A stretch of 64,000 nucleotides of DNA from Lama guanicoe (Eukaryota): NCBI GenBank assembly GCA_013239625.1, contig MU054400.1, positions 231,146 through 295,145 of the forward strand, given 5' to 3'. Below are positions 24,037-36,521 of the stretch, piece by piece (positions within the stretch are counted from its first letter, which is position 1; every line of letters begins with the position of its first letter). Below the pieces are notes generated by a model, which saw only the letters and a list, made by a program, of their open reading frames with translations, did no database searches and was not told the origin of the DNA. Position numbers and translations under genes: made by a program.

Positions 24037-25160
24037 CAGAAGCCCACAGATGTCCAAAGTTTAAAATGAAGTGGACTTTGCACACCACGCTAGAATTGCC
24101 TGGGGAAGTGGTGGCAAGTTCCACAAAGCAATTGTGACCCCACTGTGTCACCCCCTTGTCTGAAGAAGCACAGGTCTAGACAGCTCTCTTTGTAAAGGGT
24201 CATCTCTGTCTGTTAGCTGAACTTTGAGATAGAAAAGACTTTTGTCTCTAGCGCAACGAGGCCATTTTAAATCAGAAATGCTGTGAGATGGGGGGACGAG
24301 GGATCAGGTATCAGAGAGACTGGAAAACTCCCCTCTCGCCTGGAAATGCCCTCATAAGGACCTCTGCAAACTTTGATCTTCCAAGCCACTGGAGCCAAGC
24401 CAGCTGGCCACGGCTTATTTTCATGACATCAAGTGGAAATGTTGTCCTATTTCATCTAGGATTTGGCATGAATTCTAGGTCACTGCTTTGGTTAAAATGC
24501 AAAACTGGATGTTTCCGTGGGATGCCAGGAGCATTAGAGATTGCTGGGATCGGTGTAGAGAAATGTGGAAAGGTGGGATTTAATCTTTGTCAAGAGACCC
24601 AAATGGTGGCTGTGACTTATTCTTGTTATTATCAAGAAATACAGAAATGCATACCTTCCTGCCGCCTCCACCCCTTTCTTCACATCACCAAGGTTATTTT
24701 TTCCCCACTGTTCAAAATGAAGTGGTGCCATTGCTGCTTAGTTGCAAGGGCTCATGGGAGCAAACATTCTTAACAGATCTGTAGCTTTCTGGCCGGTGCT
24801 TCCCCCAACCCCGTCTTGTTGCTATGGTTAGAGGCTGTGCTGCCCTTCTCTTCCTGACCTTCCGCTGCAGCACCACAGTCACCAGCACGTATCTGTGCTG
24901 TTCACCCCCACGCAAATTAAATACAGCAGAGGTGTTGCCCTGCTCTCATGGTTCTTCCTGTGAAACTGAGCAAAATGAATACTCACCCTCATGCATTCAA
25001 AAAATATTTATTTCTCACTAACATGTGCTCGCTTGGTATCTCAAGTTGCTTTTACTTATCTGAAAAACACCTTGCTTGGATTACTTTTCTATTATTTACC
25101 AATTGTCCCAAACAAATGTAGAGACAGAGGCTCCATAAAAATGATAAAAATGGAAGGCTT

Positions 25161-25213
25161 CTATATCCCAGGGTTAGGGTTAGGGTTAGGGTTAGGATCC
25201 CTATATCCCAGGG
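25161..25213 (+). repeat. Short interstitial telomeric sequence between 13-bp direct repeats
   Basis: CTATATCCCAGGG (25161-25173) + (TTAGGG)3 TTAGG + ATCC + CTATATCCCAGGG (25201-25213). Confidence 0.92.
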
Positions 25214-26930
25214 CTCTATAGTCAACCCTTCTTTTCTCATCTCACTCTCCACCTCTCCCTGAAGTATAAAATGCCTTTTCATGCTATAATTACCACCTGA
25301 CTTCTACATCATTTGTCCATATGTCAGTGCTGAATCTCAGATTTGTCTGTCCAACTAACCAGCCATCTTTAGAAGTCTGGGAGGAAACCAGATTTATGAT
25401 GTTCCCAAACCAGAATTCATCATTGACAACCCCTGACTCCTCCTTCCACATTTGTTAGAGCAGGCAGATAGCTAGTTATGAGCAGAGAAAGGGGGACACA
25501 GACCAAATGGCAGCAATTGGGCAGAAAGGAGGGGCACAGGCCAAATGCAGGAAACCACACATCATGTAAGCAGCAGGGGTACCTGGGCAGAGAAAGAAAA
25601 GCAGGAACCTCGGGGCTGATAAGGGATCATGCCTTTTGGGGTGACAAGTGGCCTGGAGAAGAACAAAGGAAGGTGAGAAAAGGCAGGAATTTCTAGAGTC
25701 CAAATGTAACCTTTTGCTCATTATGCCCTTATTTCAATAAAATTAGCCTTGCAGATCAGAAGTACCCATCATGCAACGACGCCATGACACTTTTGATCCA
25801 GACTAAATAAGGACAAAAATCCCTCCTCCCTTTGGGAAGGTGGAGTGGGGATGATGATCAGGGAATACGACCCCAAACCCTTCCCTCCCCAGTGAATATT
25901 CCGCCCATTCATTTTTACACCCTATGTAACTAACTTGCCAATGAAACTCAGGGCAGCCGCTCACCTGAGCCTGCCCGTTCTCCCGAGAGTGTACTATCCA
26001 TCCTTTAATAAATCCTCACTTTACCTTTTTTTTAACCTCTAAGTCTTGTCCCTGAATTCTTTCTGGGACGAGACAAGAACCCGAAACACCAGTTGCATCT
26101 ATCAGCAACACCTTCACCCCATCCCCCATCCCTTCTCCAACCAACAAACCAGTTTCCCTCCATGTACTCCTAGTCTTAGCTGGTGGCACCACCATTGGCC
26201 CATCAGCAACATCGCTGTCCCACTGGACTCCTTTTCCTTCACCCGCTACATTAAATTAGGCAACAAACTCTATTGATCGAACCTCCCAGAGAGTCCTCAC
26301 AACTGTTTATCCCTTCCATTCCTACAGCCACTACTGAGGTCTCGGTTCCTCTCACCGGGACAGTTTCTCTGACTGGCATCTTGCCCTTTAGCTAAAACCT
26401 TCCGTGTGATCTTCCTGAAACACCAAGCTGATCATGTCACCCTCCGCCCATCCCCACCCCAACCTCCCACAATCCCCAGCTCAGAATACATCAAGCTTTC
26501 CTCAGCACCTGTGGAGTAAAATCCAGGAGGGATCTGATCCCTGTATTTTCTCCCGCTCCCCCTGCATTTAATCTGTGCTTTATGTCTACCCATCTTTCAT
26601 CATCTCCATATGGCCACCATAGTTCTGGCCACCACGTCTTTACCCTTGTTTCTTCTGCCTCAAATCTTTTCCCATTTCAACCATCTGGGAAATTCTTGTT
26701 TGTGTTTCAAAACCCACTGGTGTGCAGCCTCTTCCCGGAAGCCATTCCGGACCCTCCTGCTCCCTTTTGCACCTGCATCTCACACCTGCATCTGCTTATT
26801 CTCATCTCACTGTTGTCACTGGGAGCCTCTAGGAAGCCACGCGCTTCGTAAGAGCAGGGATTGTGTCTTAGTCTCTCTGCCTCCTCAATTCCAGGTACTG
26901 TGCCTCTCACACCATAGAAGCAAATGACTT
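25205..26930 (+). mobile_element. Degenerate L2 interrupted by the solo LTR at 25453-26110
   Basis: L2-like motifs CCCAGGGCTCT, CTGAATCTCAGATTTGTCTGTCCAACT, GTGATCTTCCTGAAACACCAAGCTGATCATGTCAC and AGAGCAGGGATTGTGTCTTAG on both sides of the LTR. Confidence 0.6.
25453..26110 (+). mobile_element. ERV solo LTR (ERV1-like), 658 bp
   Basis: TGTT...AACA termini; TATA-like CCTATGTAA near 25921; AATAAA at 26007-26012; U5-like CCTGAATTCTTTCTGGGACGAGACAAGAACCC; imperfect 4-bp TSD CATT/CCTT. Confidence 0.85.
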
Positions 26931-28934
26931 ACAAAGTGCAGAGAAGATTCTCTCAACTAAACTCCAAAGGGAAGACAGTTTTTTTAACCATCCATCATTT
27001 TTCTAGTTCTTTAAAGACAGAGGTTTGGATTCACCTCTGAGGGCACGCCGTTCCTTTGTTTCTGGAAACCTTTAATGATCCTTGATACAAAAGTGAAGCT
27101 ATGATCCACAGTTGTGACGGAGACCTTCTAGAGACAATGAGGAGCTCAAATGCTCCACATGAAAACATAAATCGTAGTTCTACTGATGATGGGGAGGCAC
27201 TCCAGGGTTATTATGCTATTGAGAGACCGGCGTTGACTGAGAGTAATGAAGGCATGGGTACTTCCCTGACTGCTGATAGAGTAAGGGTCCGACGTGGGCA
27301 GGTAGGAACTTGGCAAGAGGGCTTATTTTGTAGGGGTGCAAACTGGCCTGGCAGCAAGGCCCAGGGCTGGTGGTAAGGTTAGCTGGGCTGGGATCCCTGT
27401 GGAAGAACTTGGCCAAAGGCCCTGAGAAAAGAAACTTGTGTCGAGTCTTAAGGCCCCCCTGACTCCCTGTGCCATTCCCTCCATTACCCTACTGTTCAGC
27501 AAAGCTTTGTGAAATTTCACAGCTCCATCTTGGGTGGAATTTGGTGAATTAATACAGCAGCCACTGTCCGCTGTCACACAATCAACACAAAGACCACCAA
27601 AATAGCCTAAAAGGAGACAGAGGTTTTTGTTTTTGTTTTTACCAACCAGGTAAAGGAGAATCATGTTCCTTAAGAAAAGTCAGTGAGTGTCCCCCAAGCT
27701 GAAAGTGAAGGGGGCAGATATGATATGGAGAAGGGGAAGGTTTTCCAAATTTCCGATCAATTCAAAAGTGCACTGTAAAGCCTCCCTTGAGGCACACGTG
27801 CAGTTCTCGAGCAGGAACAGGCTGTACAAGCCTCTGGAGGCCTCAGTGGCACCCCGTGGGCGAGTCCGAATGGGCAAGCTTGAGGCCTGCTGAGATTTTT
27901 CTTTAATATTTTCCTTGGAGTAAGACAGTACACAGGTAGCGTATAACCGTCTGAGCTTGACACTGAAAGTGGCCACAGTTCGAGGTCAGATGGCAGGCCA
28001 AGGTGACGAGCAACAGCCAGGGTGAATTCTGACATGTGCAAGTGTTCCTGAGAGAGTCCCAGGGCTCCCTGGAGAGGCTCGCCTGACGGAGTATGAGATG
28101 ATGAACTTGGAACAACGAGGGCCATCAGGGTTCTATGTGTCACCACTACCCCAAAAATAAAAAGTTTTAAATTCAAGTTCTTCCCTACAACTGCTAATAT
28201 TGACTTCTACCTTTTTTTTTCCGTTGAACTCAGGGAAAACACATCAGGGTTAGAGGTGGGAAATTAGATCTATTCGACATCAAGATAATCACTCTGCGAG
28301 TTACGCACCAAAACCCACAAATGCTGGTTTTCCCTATTTAAGCAATGCAAGGCTTCCACGATTTTTTTAGAAATCATTATCATTTCCTTTCTATGAAAAA
28401 TTACCCGCAGAGGTATTGTTCTTTTTTTTCCCCCAACACAACTGAAATTGTACATGGTAGGGAAGTTTTTAATTAGTCTGTTCTAAGCGGGAACTGTGTG
28501 TGCTCGCTGCAGTAGAAACCTAATAAATTACTTTGTAATCTCAGTTGGAGGCTTTGTGTTGGAAAATACTCGTTAGATTCTGCACCAGCAGCCAGTGGCT
28601 TCCCTTGAAAGGTCTTAGAAACATGCTGCAGTAGGTGTAGATCAAGTCGCTTGCAGCAAACTCCTGGGGCAGTAAAAAACAAACAGGCCTGGACCTGGAG
28701 GGAAGCCAGGTGAATCTGAGCTTTGGTGTCTAGAGACAAAGGAACTTTGGAAACTCCACGCCAGCCCTGTCTGCCCAGTCCACGCTCTTCTGCTCATAAA
28801 GCTCTCCTCCTACCCACAAAGGCCTTTTCAGTTTTCAGATCATCCCAGTGCCATTTTTTTTAAGTGTGGAGAAATCAAATGTTTGGAAATAACTTGTCCC
28901 AGACTAGTAAGGAAAGGTTTATACTGCTCTATTT

Positions 28935-29000
28935 AGATAAATAGACAGACAGATAGATAGATAGACAGACAGGCACACAGAAAAAACAGATAGATACATA
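28935..29000. repeat. Degenerate (GATA/GACA)n tetranucleotide repeat
   Basis: AGATAAATAGACAGACAGATAGATAGATAGACAGAC read directly. Confidence 0.8.
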
Positions 29001-29439
29001 AAATGAATGAGCACAAATGATATGACCAGTTGGCAAGTTGTTCCTCTCAGAGACAGCATAGAACTTAGACGTTGGTAAGTCACTTGGAGTAAGGGTGAGG
29101 CCCCAAGAGGCATGCTCTTAATGATAAAAGATGTTCCCAAAATTGCTTTCTAAGGAGAGCGGGTCTTGCTGATTTCCAGATTCTAAGAGTTGCACCCTTA
29201 TGGTTTGGTAAGTAAGTTAGGGTGGTGGCTGAGGTAGACTTGCTCTGTAAAATAAGGCAGTGAGAATTTGAAACTGGGGATGGAGGATTCAGGGAAAGAG
29301 GAATGAACCAACAAAGCCAGGCTTTGAATGCACGAAAGGAAGGAAAGAAATACTCATTTCTTAAGAGTAGGAGAGTTGCAGTGTTGAAGGAAGACTTTAA
29401 TATTATTTGCTGTAGGAGGTACATGGTAAACTCCTTCCG

Positions 29440-29914
29440 TCTACCCTAGAAAACTGCTTCCCAGAGGCAGACCCTGAAGCTAGGATGGTATGCAGGGGCT
29501 GAGGAAGGGAGACCAGCAAGGAAGCAGGGGAATGAGACAGGGAAGAGGGAAAAGTCAAGCTAACATGTGAGCCAGGCAAAGTCGTCAGCCTGCGCCCTCA
29601 GGGAACTCCGGAGTGTAAGTACAGCTCAGGGTTGTCCACACCAGAGGCAGGGAGCTGAGCTTCCACACTCGTGCACTTGTCAGTCATTGGTTGAGGGAGG
29701 GATGGAGGAAGGACACAAACCTCCAAGCACTCTGGGCTTTTCTGTGGACGGAAAGTGGATCTGAGGGCATGCTACTGGAGAATTCACAGTGTTCTCCAAA
29801 GAAGAGTTGCATAAGGTGCTGAGTGTTAGAAGCTGAAGGTGGGGAGTGGAGGGCACAAAATGGTAAAAGGAAAATCTGAGGAGATCTGATAGAGCACTGA
29901 TATTGTCCACTACA
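29440..29914. mobile_element. Old MaLR LTR (MLT1I/J/K-like)
   Basis: TTCCCAGAGGCAGACCCTGAAG...GAATGAGACAGGGAAG...CTTGTCAGTCATTGGTTGAGG...GTCCACTACA. Confidence 0.65.
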
Positions 29915-30156
29915 AAAATCTTTAAGAAAGTCTACATTCGCTCACCAGTGCCTGTGCATGAGTCAATTCTTCATGTTGATGAAAGAGGAACTGACGTGCA
30001 TCCGGGCCAGATTTGCAGAGAGTAAAACTGGAGACTGTGCTGTGGGTGCAGAGGATGGGGAACACCTGATATCAGGGTCCATATGCTGTTAGAACCAATG
30101 TCACAATTAAGTCCAGACATATTATGTATACACGTGAAGCTGTACTGTCTGACTGC

Positions 30157-30909
30157 ATAGTATGGAGAGTCCTCAAAAAATTAAAAATAGAATTAATATA
30201 CAATCCAGAAATCCCCACTTCTGAGTATATACCCAAAGAAAATGAAAACAGGATCTCGAAGAGATATCTGCACCCTCATGTCCATTGCAGCATGATTCAC
30301 AAAGCCAAGACATGGAAACAATCTAAGTGCCCATCAATGGATGAATGGATGAAGAAGATGCTATATATTTATAGTTTTTTTCTCATGGCTGAATAATATA
30401 TACAATGGAATATTATTCAGCCATGAAAAAGAAGGACATCATTCCATTTGCAACAACATGTATGGACCCTGAAGACATTATGCTAAGTAAAATAAGTCTG
30501 ATAGAGAAAGATAAATACTGTACGATATCATTTACATGTGGAATCTAGAAAAGCTGAACTCAGAAACAGAGACTAAACGGTGGTTACCAGGGGCTGGGGG
30601 TGAGGGAGTTGGGGGAGATGTTAATCAAAGAATATAAATCTCCAGCTATAATATAACTAAATTCTGGGGCTCTAGTGTACAGCATGCTGATTACAGCCAA
30701 TAATACTGCATTGTATTCTTGAAAGTTGCTAAGATAGTAGATCTTTAATGTTCTCATCACAAAAAAGAAATGGTAATTCTGTGAGGTCATGGGGGTGTTA
30801 GCTAACACTGTGGTGGTAATCATTTTGCAATATATAAGTGTATCAAATCACCTTAAATTTATACCATGTTATATGTCAGTTACATCTCAATAAAGCTGGA
30901 AGAAAAAAA
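30157..30909 (+). mobile_element. L1 3' end (L1MA-like), 5'-truncated
   Basis: [11 protein letters not shown] and KAKTWKQSKCPSMDEW in the ORF track; 3' UTR ending CATCTCAATAAAGCTGGAAGAAAAAAA. Confidence 0.9.
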
Positions 30910-31029
30910 CACAGATGCTCTTTTTGAGGCTTTTGTAAGAGGACTGGAAAGCTACCCACTTCCCTCCCCTCCCTGTCCCTGCCTTGGCTGACCCTGAGAC
31001 AGTGTTACAGAGCTGATGGCCATCTGCTA

Positions 31030-31520
31030 CCTCCCGGAATCTCTTCTGTAAACAGAATCTACCTCTTTTCTAGGGGATTACTCGGCGCTCTCTTGCTCTC
31101 GCTCGCTCACTCTCTCTCTCTCTTCCCCCTCTAGTCCATTTGACTCACCCAGCCCCCAGCTCTGGAGATGGGAACATGATGGGAATGTGACCCAGATCTT
31201 GCCAAGCAGAGTCACCCTGATTGGCTTGGAAATGAGCACATGACCCATTCAGGGTCAATGAAGCTTAATTCTACATTTTTTTTTAACTGATAATATCAGG
31301 AAGGAGAATGCTCTTTGTTATGGACCTGTTGCTGGCCATATGTTTGCTGCTTTGTGGGAGAGAGACTGACTGAGAATTAAGCTCTAACGCAGAGGGAAGA
31401 TGAAATAAGAGACAAGAGTAAGGGGAGCAGGGAGGGGATGACCTGATAACATTATTTAAGCATCTGGACCCAAGCATGCCTGATGCTAATATAAACCCTG
31501 GACTATTCCAGATAGTTTGT
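31030..31520. mobile_element. Old ERVL LTR (LTR16/LTR33-like)
   Basis: TGATTGGCTTGGAAATGAGCACATGACCCA...CTGGACCCAAGCATGCCTGATGC...CCCTGGACTATTCCAG. Confidence 0.55.
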
Positions 31521-33504
31521 ACTGTTTTTACGCCACTGTAGAATGAAGGAATGATGGCAAATACCCAGAACTGCAAGGTTCTGTGAAACACAGCTTGAAA
31601 ACCACTACAGTAGGTGATCTCTAAGGCCCCTTTGCCGCATATGAACCTCTGAAGCTGTAGACCTTTCCAGCTTTCATCTTTTGTTGCTATAGCACCGCAG
31701 CATGGAAATTTCTCTGAAATTGCAGAATACCTGGTAGCCAAGGGGACCCCAGGAAAATGCCTGTAGATGCAGGCAAGGTGCACCTCTGATCCCATTTGAC
31801 ATTGGTTCTAAGGCAGCCTGGACTGTTTCTAGGATTGAGTTTACCAGACATAGAAGCTTTTAATCATACTTAAATTCTATATTAAAAAGCCACGTGTCTT
31901 CTGTAGGAAGAACCACATCAATGGACCTTCAAAATCTTGTTGATTGTGGAGTGGGAGGAGCAGGGCGTAGAGCTGAATACCCATTTGGGAAGACGGCAAA
32001 AAGGACACTGACCTACCAAACCTGACTGGCTGGCTAGCTTGCCGCCTTCTGCCATGTCCTCTGCAAAGCCTGGTCCGCTTACCATGGAGGGCTGTCCTCT
32101 CACACGCACCCCTAGACATGCTTCAGGGGTTGAAAGTAAACCCTGATGTTCTTTGGCACTTCTGTTACGACTCCTGGCACGTCTCTGAGTTTTTCGTACC
32201 CTACAGGGGGCCATTTGTAGATTTATGTCAAGAACATGGAGCCACACCGAAACCAGGGGTGGGTCCCTACCCTAGTCATTGCTGACCACTGTGGGGGCTG
32301 ATGTCTTTAGCAGAGGATGTTCTTCCAGCGTCGCAGGGCCCAGAGCAGTCTTGGTGCTGAGTCACCAGCTAGTCAAGTTAGATGCTTTGCCTCTGCGTGA
32401 TGCTGCCTCTCCTCATTTTCCTGCATTTATTTCAAAGAGATTTCATAATAGAGGAAGACTGCCACCAAAGATGATTTTTAAATGGTATTTAAATAGGATC
32501 CCCTGCTCTTTCTCCTTGCTTTTCTTAAGTTACCTTTGTGCCTTTTCTATTTGCAGATGATATCACTGAAACATCTGTGGTTTAAATTGAGTCCCTACCA
32601 CTTGCAGGAATTCCTGCCTCTTTTTTGCCTGCTGCCTCATCCCGACTGGAGTCAGACTCTTATGTCACAGCCACTTTCAGGAATGCAGATGGTGCCATCA
32701 GGGGCCCAGGACTATGGTTTTCCTGGACAGAACAAGATGGTTTTCAGAACAATTGCGCTTAGAAATCCATACCTCAAGGTGGACCTGAGGAGGTGCCGAT
32801 GAGGCAGGAGGGGCTGAAGGTCCAGCTTTGGGGTCTCCTTGTCCTGGTGCAGAAGCCCCTCTCACTATGGAAGGGGACTAGGCAGGGCCCAGCACATAGT
32901 AGGTACTTAATGAATGCCAAATGATGAATGAAAGATCAAAAGTGTGGCATGAAACATGCAATTTCGTTCCATTTTAGTGAATTCACATAGGAATCCAATA
33001 GTGGAAGAAGGGGAAACAATATTCGATCGTTTGTTGTTTCTGTGGGGATATGCTTGAGGATTCAAAATTAATTTCCTGAAGATTATTATCCTAGATCTTC
33101 ATCTCACTACTGCTTAGAATCAAAGAATTGGAAAAGATTTTACAGGTAGAAATTCTCTTTTAAATATCCACAATTGTCCCTGAAGTTCTCATCACTGAGT
33201 TTTTCTGAGCACTTTGCAGAATATTAAAAGGCATTATTTGGAGAAATACTTCTGTGTTGAAACATGCTTGGGAAGTAACCTGGTAAACAGAGTGGACAGG
33301 AATCTTTCCTGCAGGATTTCTTTAGCCTCTAGGACTTCTCCACTGCAGGCCTTAAATAGTCTTTATTGTCTATCATTCATTACAAATCTCCAAGGGGCAA
33401 TACAGTGGACAATGCTGATCGAATATTTTAAATACAGAATTTCTTTTTTTAGTTTCTCCTATTGCCATTCAAAAGGTCTTTTTTTTAACTATCCTATTTG
33501 CATT

Positions 33505-33985
33505 TTATTATTTTTTATTCTTATTTTTTATTGAAGTATAGTCAATTTACAATGTTAGCCAGAAAGAGAAAGAAAAATACCATATGAGATCGCTCATATG
33601 AGGAATCTAAAAACAAAACAAAACATACATACAAAACAGAAACAGACTCATAGACATGTGGTTGCCAAGAGGGTGGGAAGGGACAGACTGGGATTTCAAA
33701 ATGTAGACTAGATAAACAAGATTATACTATATAGCACAGGGAAATATACACAAGATCTTATGGTAGCTCACAGAGAAAAAAATGTGACAATGAATATATA
33801 TATATATATGTTCATGTATAACTGAAAAATTGCGCTCTACACTGGAATTTGACACAACATTGTAAAATGACTATAACTCAATTAAAAAATGTTAAAAAAT
33901 TTACAATGTTAGTTTCAGGTGAATAGAAAGAGATTCAGTTACACATATACATACATATGCATATATATTTTTTCAGTTTCTTTTT
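33505..33985 (-). mobile_element. Short L1 3' end, host of the nested L1 at 33559-33897
   Basis: TTTTTTATTGAAGTATAGTCAATTTACAATGTTAG continues after the insert as TTTCAGGTG...GATTCAGTTACACATATACATAC. Confidence 0.8.
33559..33897 (+). mobile_element. Young camelid-type L1 3' UTR fragment with a perfect 15-bp TSD
   Basis: AATTTACAATGTTAG at 33544-33558 and 33898-33912; body resembles the 3' UTR of the 728-2120 L1 and closely matches the reverse complement of 39803-39972. Confidence 0.92.
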
Positions 33986-34214
33986 CGAAGGGTCTTTGAT
34001 ATACACTTTTGGAAAGGCTGTCCTGAAACACAGTACTGAGTGCACTTCTTTTTATTTCTCCTACAGATATATTCAGCACCAGGGAGCATCTATTCTCTTC
34101 CCTTGCTTTATCAAGCCCTTTCCTTCCTAATAATATAGACCTAAGACTTTAAAAAATATGTTGGTTCTCTGTAAGTTATTTAATGAAATACAAATATGAA
34201 CAAAATTTTTAAAA

Positions 34215-35380
34215 ACTAGTCCAGATGATCCTAATGTTTAGATGGAAAAGCAAAAATAGCAGTGAGATAAAGAAGGGGTAGGGTGGCCATCATCAGATGT
34301 CGAAACATGTTATAAAGATATAATAATTAGGTGGAGGAGGGTATAGCTCAGGTGGTAGAGCGCATGCTTAGCATGCACAAAAGGTCCTGGGTTCAATCCC
34401 CAGGACCTCCTCTAAAAATAAGTAAATAATTAAACCTAATTACCTCCCCACCAAAAAAAAAAGATAAAATAATTAAAAGTGCATCATACAAGCACGGTTC
34501 ACAACAACAGATGCATGGAATAGAATACAAAGTCCAGAAATGACCCTGCTATGTACAGGCACCTGAGATCAGTAGGGACAAGGCAAGTAGTGCCATGAAG
34601 ACAGTTGGGACATTGAATAGCCGTGGAGACAAAAAGAAAGTTGGATCCACATGTAATGACTCATGCTGGAAAACATTCCAAGAGTTCTTAACAGACAAAA
34701 GATTTAAGTGCAACAACTCAAATCATAAAAGCACTGGAAGAAATTATGGAAGAACTGTTTCATAATCTTAGAGTGGGAAAGACTAACTGTAATAAGAACC
34801 CAGAAGTCATAAAAAAGTGATAAATTTGACTACAAAAAAAAAAATCAAGGTTCTAATGACAAAACCTAACATGAACAAAGTCAAATAAATGGGGAAAAAA
34901 AGTTGTCAACTCCTATCACAGAGGAAGAGTCAATTTCCTAGTATAAGAGAGCTCCTACTGGTCAATAAGATAAAAGATTGAAAATGCATTTGAAAAAAAA
35001 AGTAAAGGGAGGATGTGATCACTCCACAGGAAAGGAAATACAAATGCCTCTTAAAACATTGGAAAATGTAATCAACCTCATTCATAGTAAGAGAGATGCA
35101 ATTTAAACTACACTGAGACGTCACTTATCACAGGATATACAGGGAACTGCTCTGTGTAGAGAGAAAAGGAAGGTAGGAGAACACAGCGAGGGCTGGCACA
35201 TCAGTGCATGAAATATGCCTGCAGGTTTGCTCAAGAAAAGTCTAGCCCCGTTGCTCGTGGGGAAGCTGGGTGGTTGAGAGACTGGGAAGGAAGAGAGACT
35301 TCACGGTCTCTTCTTTAGTACCTTTAGAATTTTGAACGTGTGAATGACTTTGGAACGTGTGCAAAAAATAAAGAAATAAA
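34215..35380 (+). mobile_element. Highly degenerate old L1 (L1ME-like) ORF2/3' remnants, interrupted by a SINE
   Basis: CATGGAATAGAATACAAAGTCCAGAAAT, ATAATCTTAGAGTGGGAAAG and CAACCTCATTCATAGTAAGAGAGATGCAATTTAAAC. Confidence 0.7.
34330..34459 (+). mobile_element. Camelid-type tRNA-derived SINE with a 16-bp TSD (one mismatch)
   Basis: GGAGGGTATAGCTCAGGTGGTAGAGCGCATGC...GGGTTCAATCCC...AAACCTAATTACCTCCCC; AAAGATATAATAATTA / AAAGATAAAATAATTA flanks. Confidence 0.92.
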
Positions 35381-36397
35381 ATTGGATCTGAAAACCAGAT
35401 TCTTACTCTCTTCTGGCTGCTCCTTGGCTTGGCTCTGGCTGGCCTCTGCCACTGCCCTCCCTCTGGCTTCCTGGGCTGTTTTGAGAGAACTGCAGGGGCC
35501 ACTCAAAGTCGTCCTGATGCCCAGAGCTGGTTTTGTAGCTCATTGAAATGAAAGTTGTCCTCAGAACACGGCCAAATGGTTTCAGAACACATTTTAATGT
35601 GATGTTTCTGACAGAGCAGCTGTGGCTTCATTTAGCAGAATATGTGAGCATTTCTGTCTGAATACAGCAGTTGGGTTCCTAGAACAAAAGGTGGTGAAGG
35701 GATGGAAGTGTGAAAAATGTGGAAAGAGACTGATTTTCTGTGTGGCACGTACTGAATTTCAGAACTGGAATTTTATTCTTAAAATAAAATTATTGGACTT
35801 ATTCTTAAGTCCAATTCTTCTGATTGGACTTTTCTGTTGTAAGTAATATTTATCCCAGTTCTAAGACATAGGTGTAAGTTTTGCTTTCGGTCTCTTACTT
35901 TTCATCTTATAAAATCTGTGATTCTTCTCCTCACAGCACTGGGTGAAGTGTTGTAGGACGTTAGAGCTAGAAGGGACCAGAAAGATCATTTAATGGTGTT
36001 GGACATTTAAAAAAATCTGTTTGCAGGGTGTCAAGGGAAGACCAGTGACCCCCATTCCTCTGTATTTGAACCACTGCCCATTTCTGATAGGACTCAACAC
36101 AACAATCCATCCGAGGCTGAAAAGACCTGTGGGGTCATGGTAATTTCTATTAACATACATTAAGCTCCACAAGAGGGTGGCGAGGACAGCTAAGGAGAGA
36201 CTCAGAACTGCAGAGACCAGCGTGGCTTAAAGGATTAAAGGAAGTAGCATGGGAACCTGCCAACATCGTGGGAGCAAGTAATTCAAACTCAGCTCGAAAA
36301 AACAAACAGAAGTTAGAAGGATTTACACAGGTTAAGCCTCCTTGCACATTATACAATCATGTTATAAGTTCAACCTTCTCCCATTTAAAAAAAAATA

Positions 36398-36521
36398 GGG
36401 GGAGGGTACACACTCAGCATGCTATAGGTCCTTAGTTCAGTCTCCAGCACATCCGTTAAAATAGATAAATAAACCTAATTACCTCTCCCCCCCAAAACCC
36501 AAAAACTAAACAAGCAAAAAA
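36398..36521 (+). mobile_element. Camelid-type SINE with the A-box region deleted
   Basis: GGGGGAGGGTACA joins directly to CACTCAGCATGC; same AAATAAACCTAATTACCTC tail. Confidence 0.8.
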
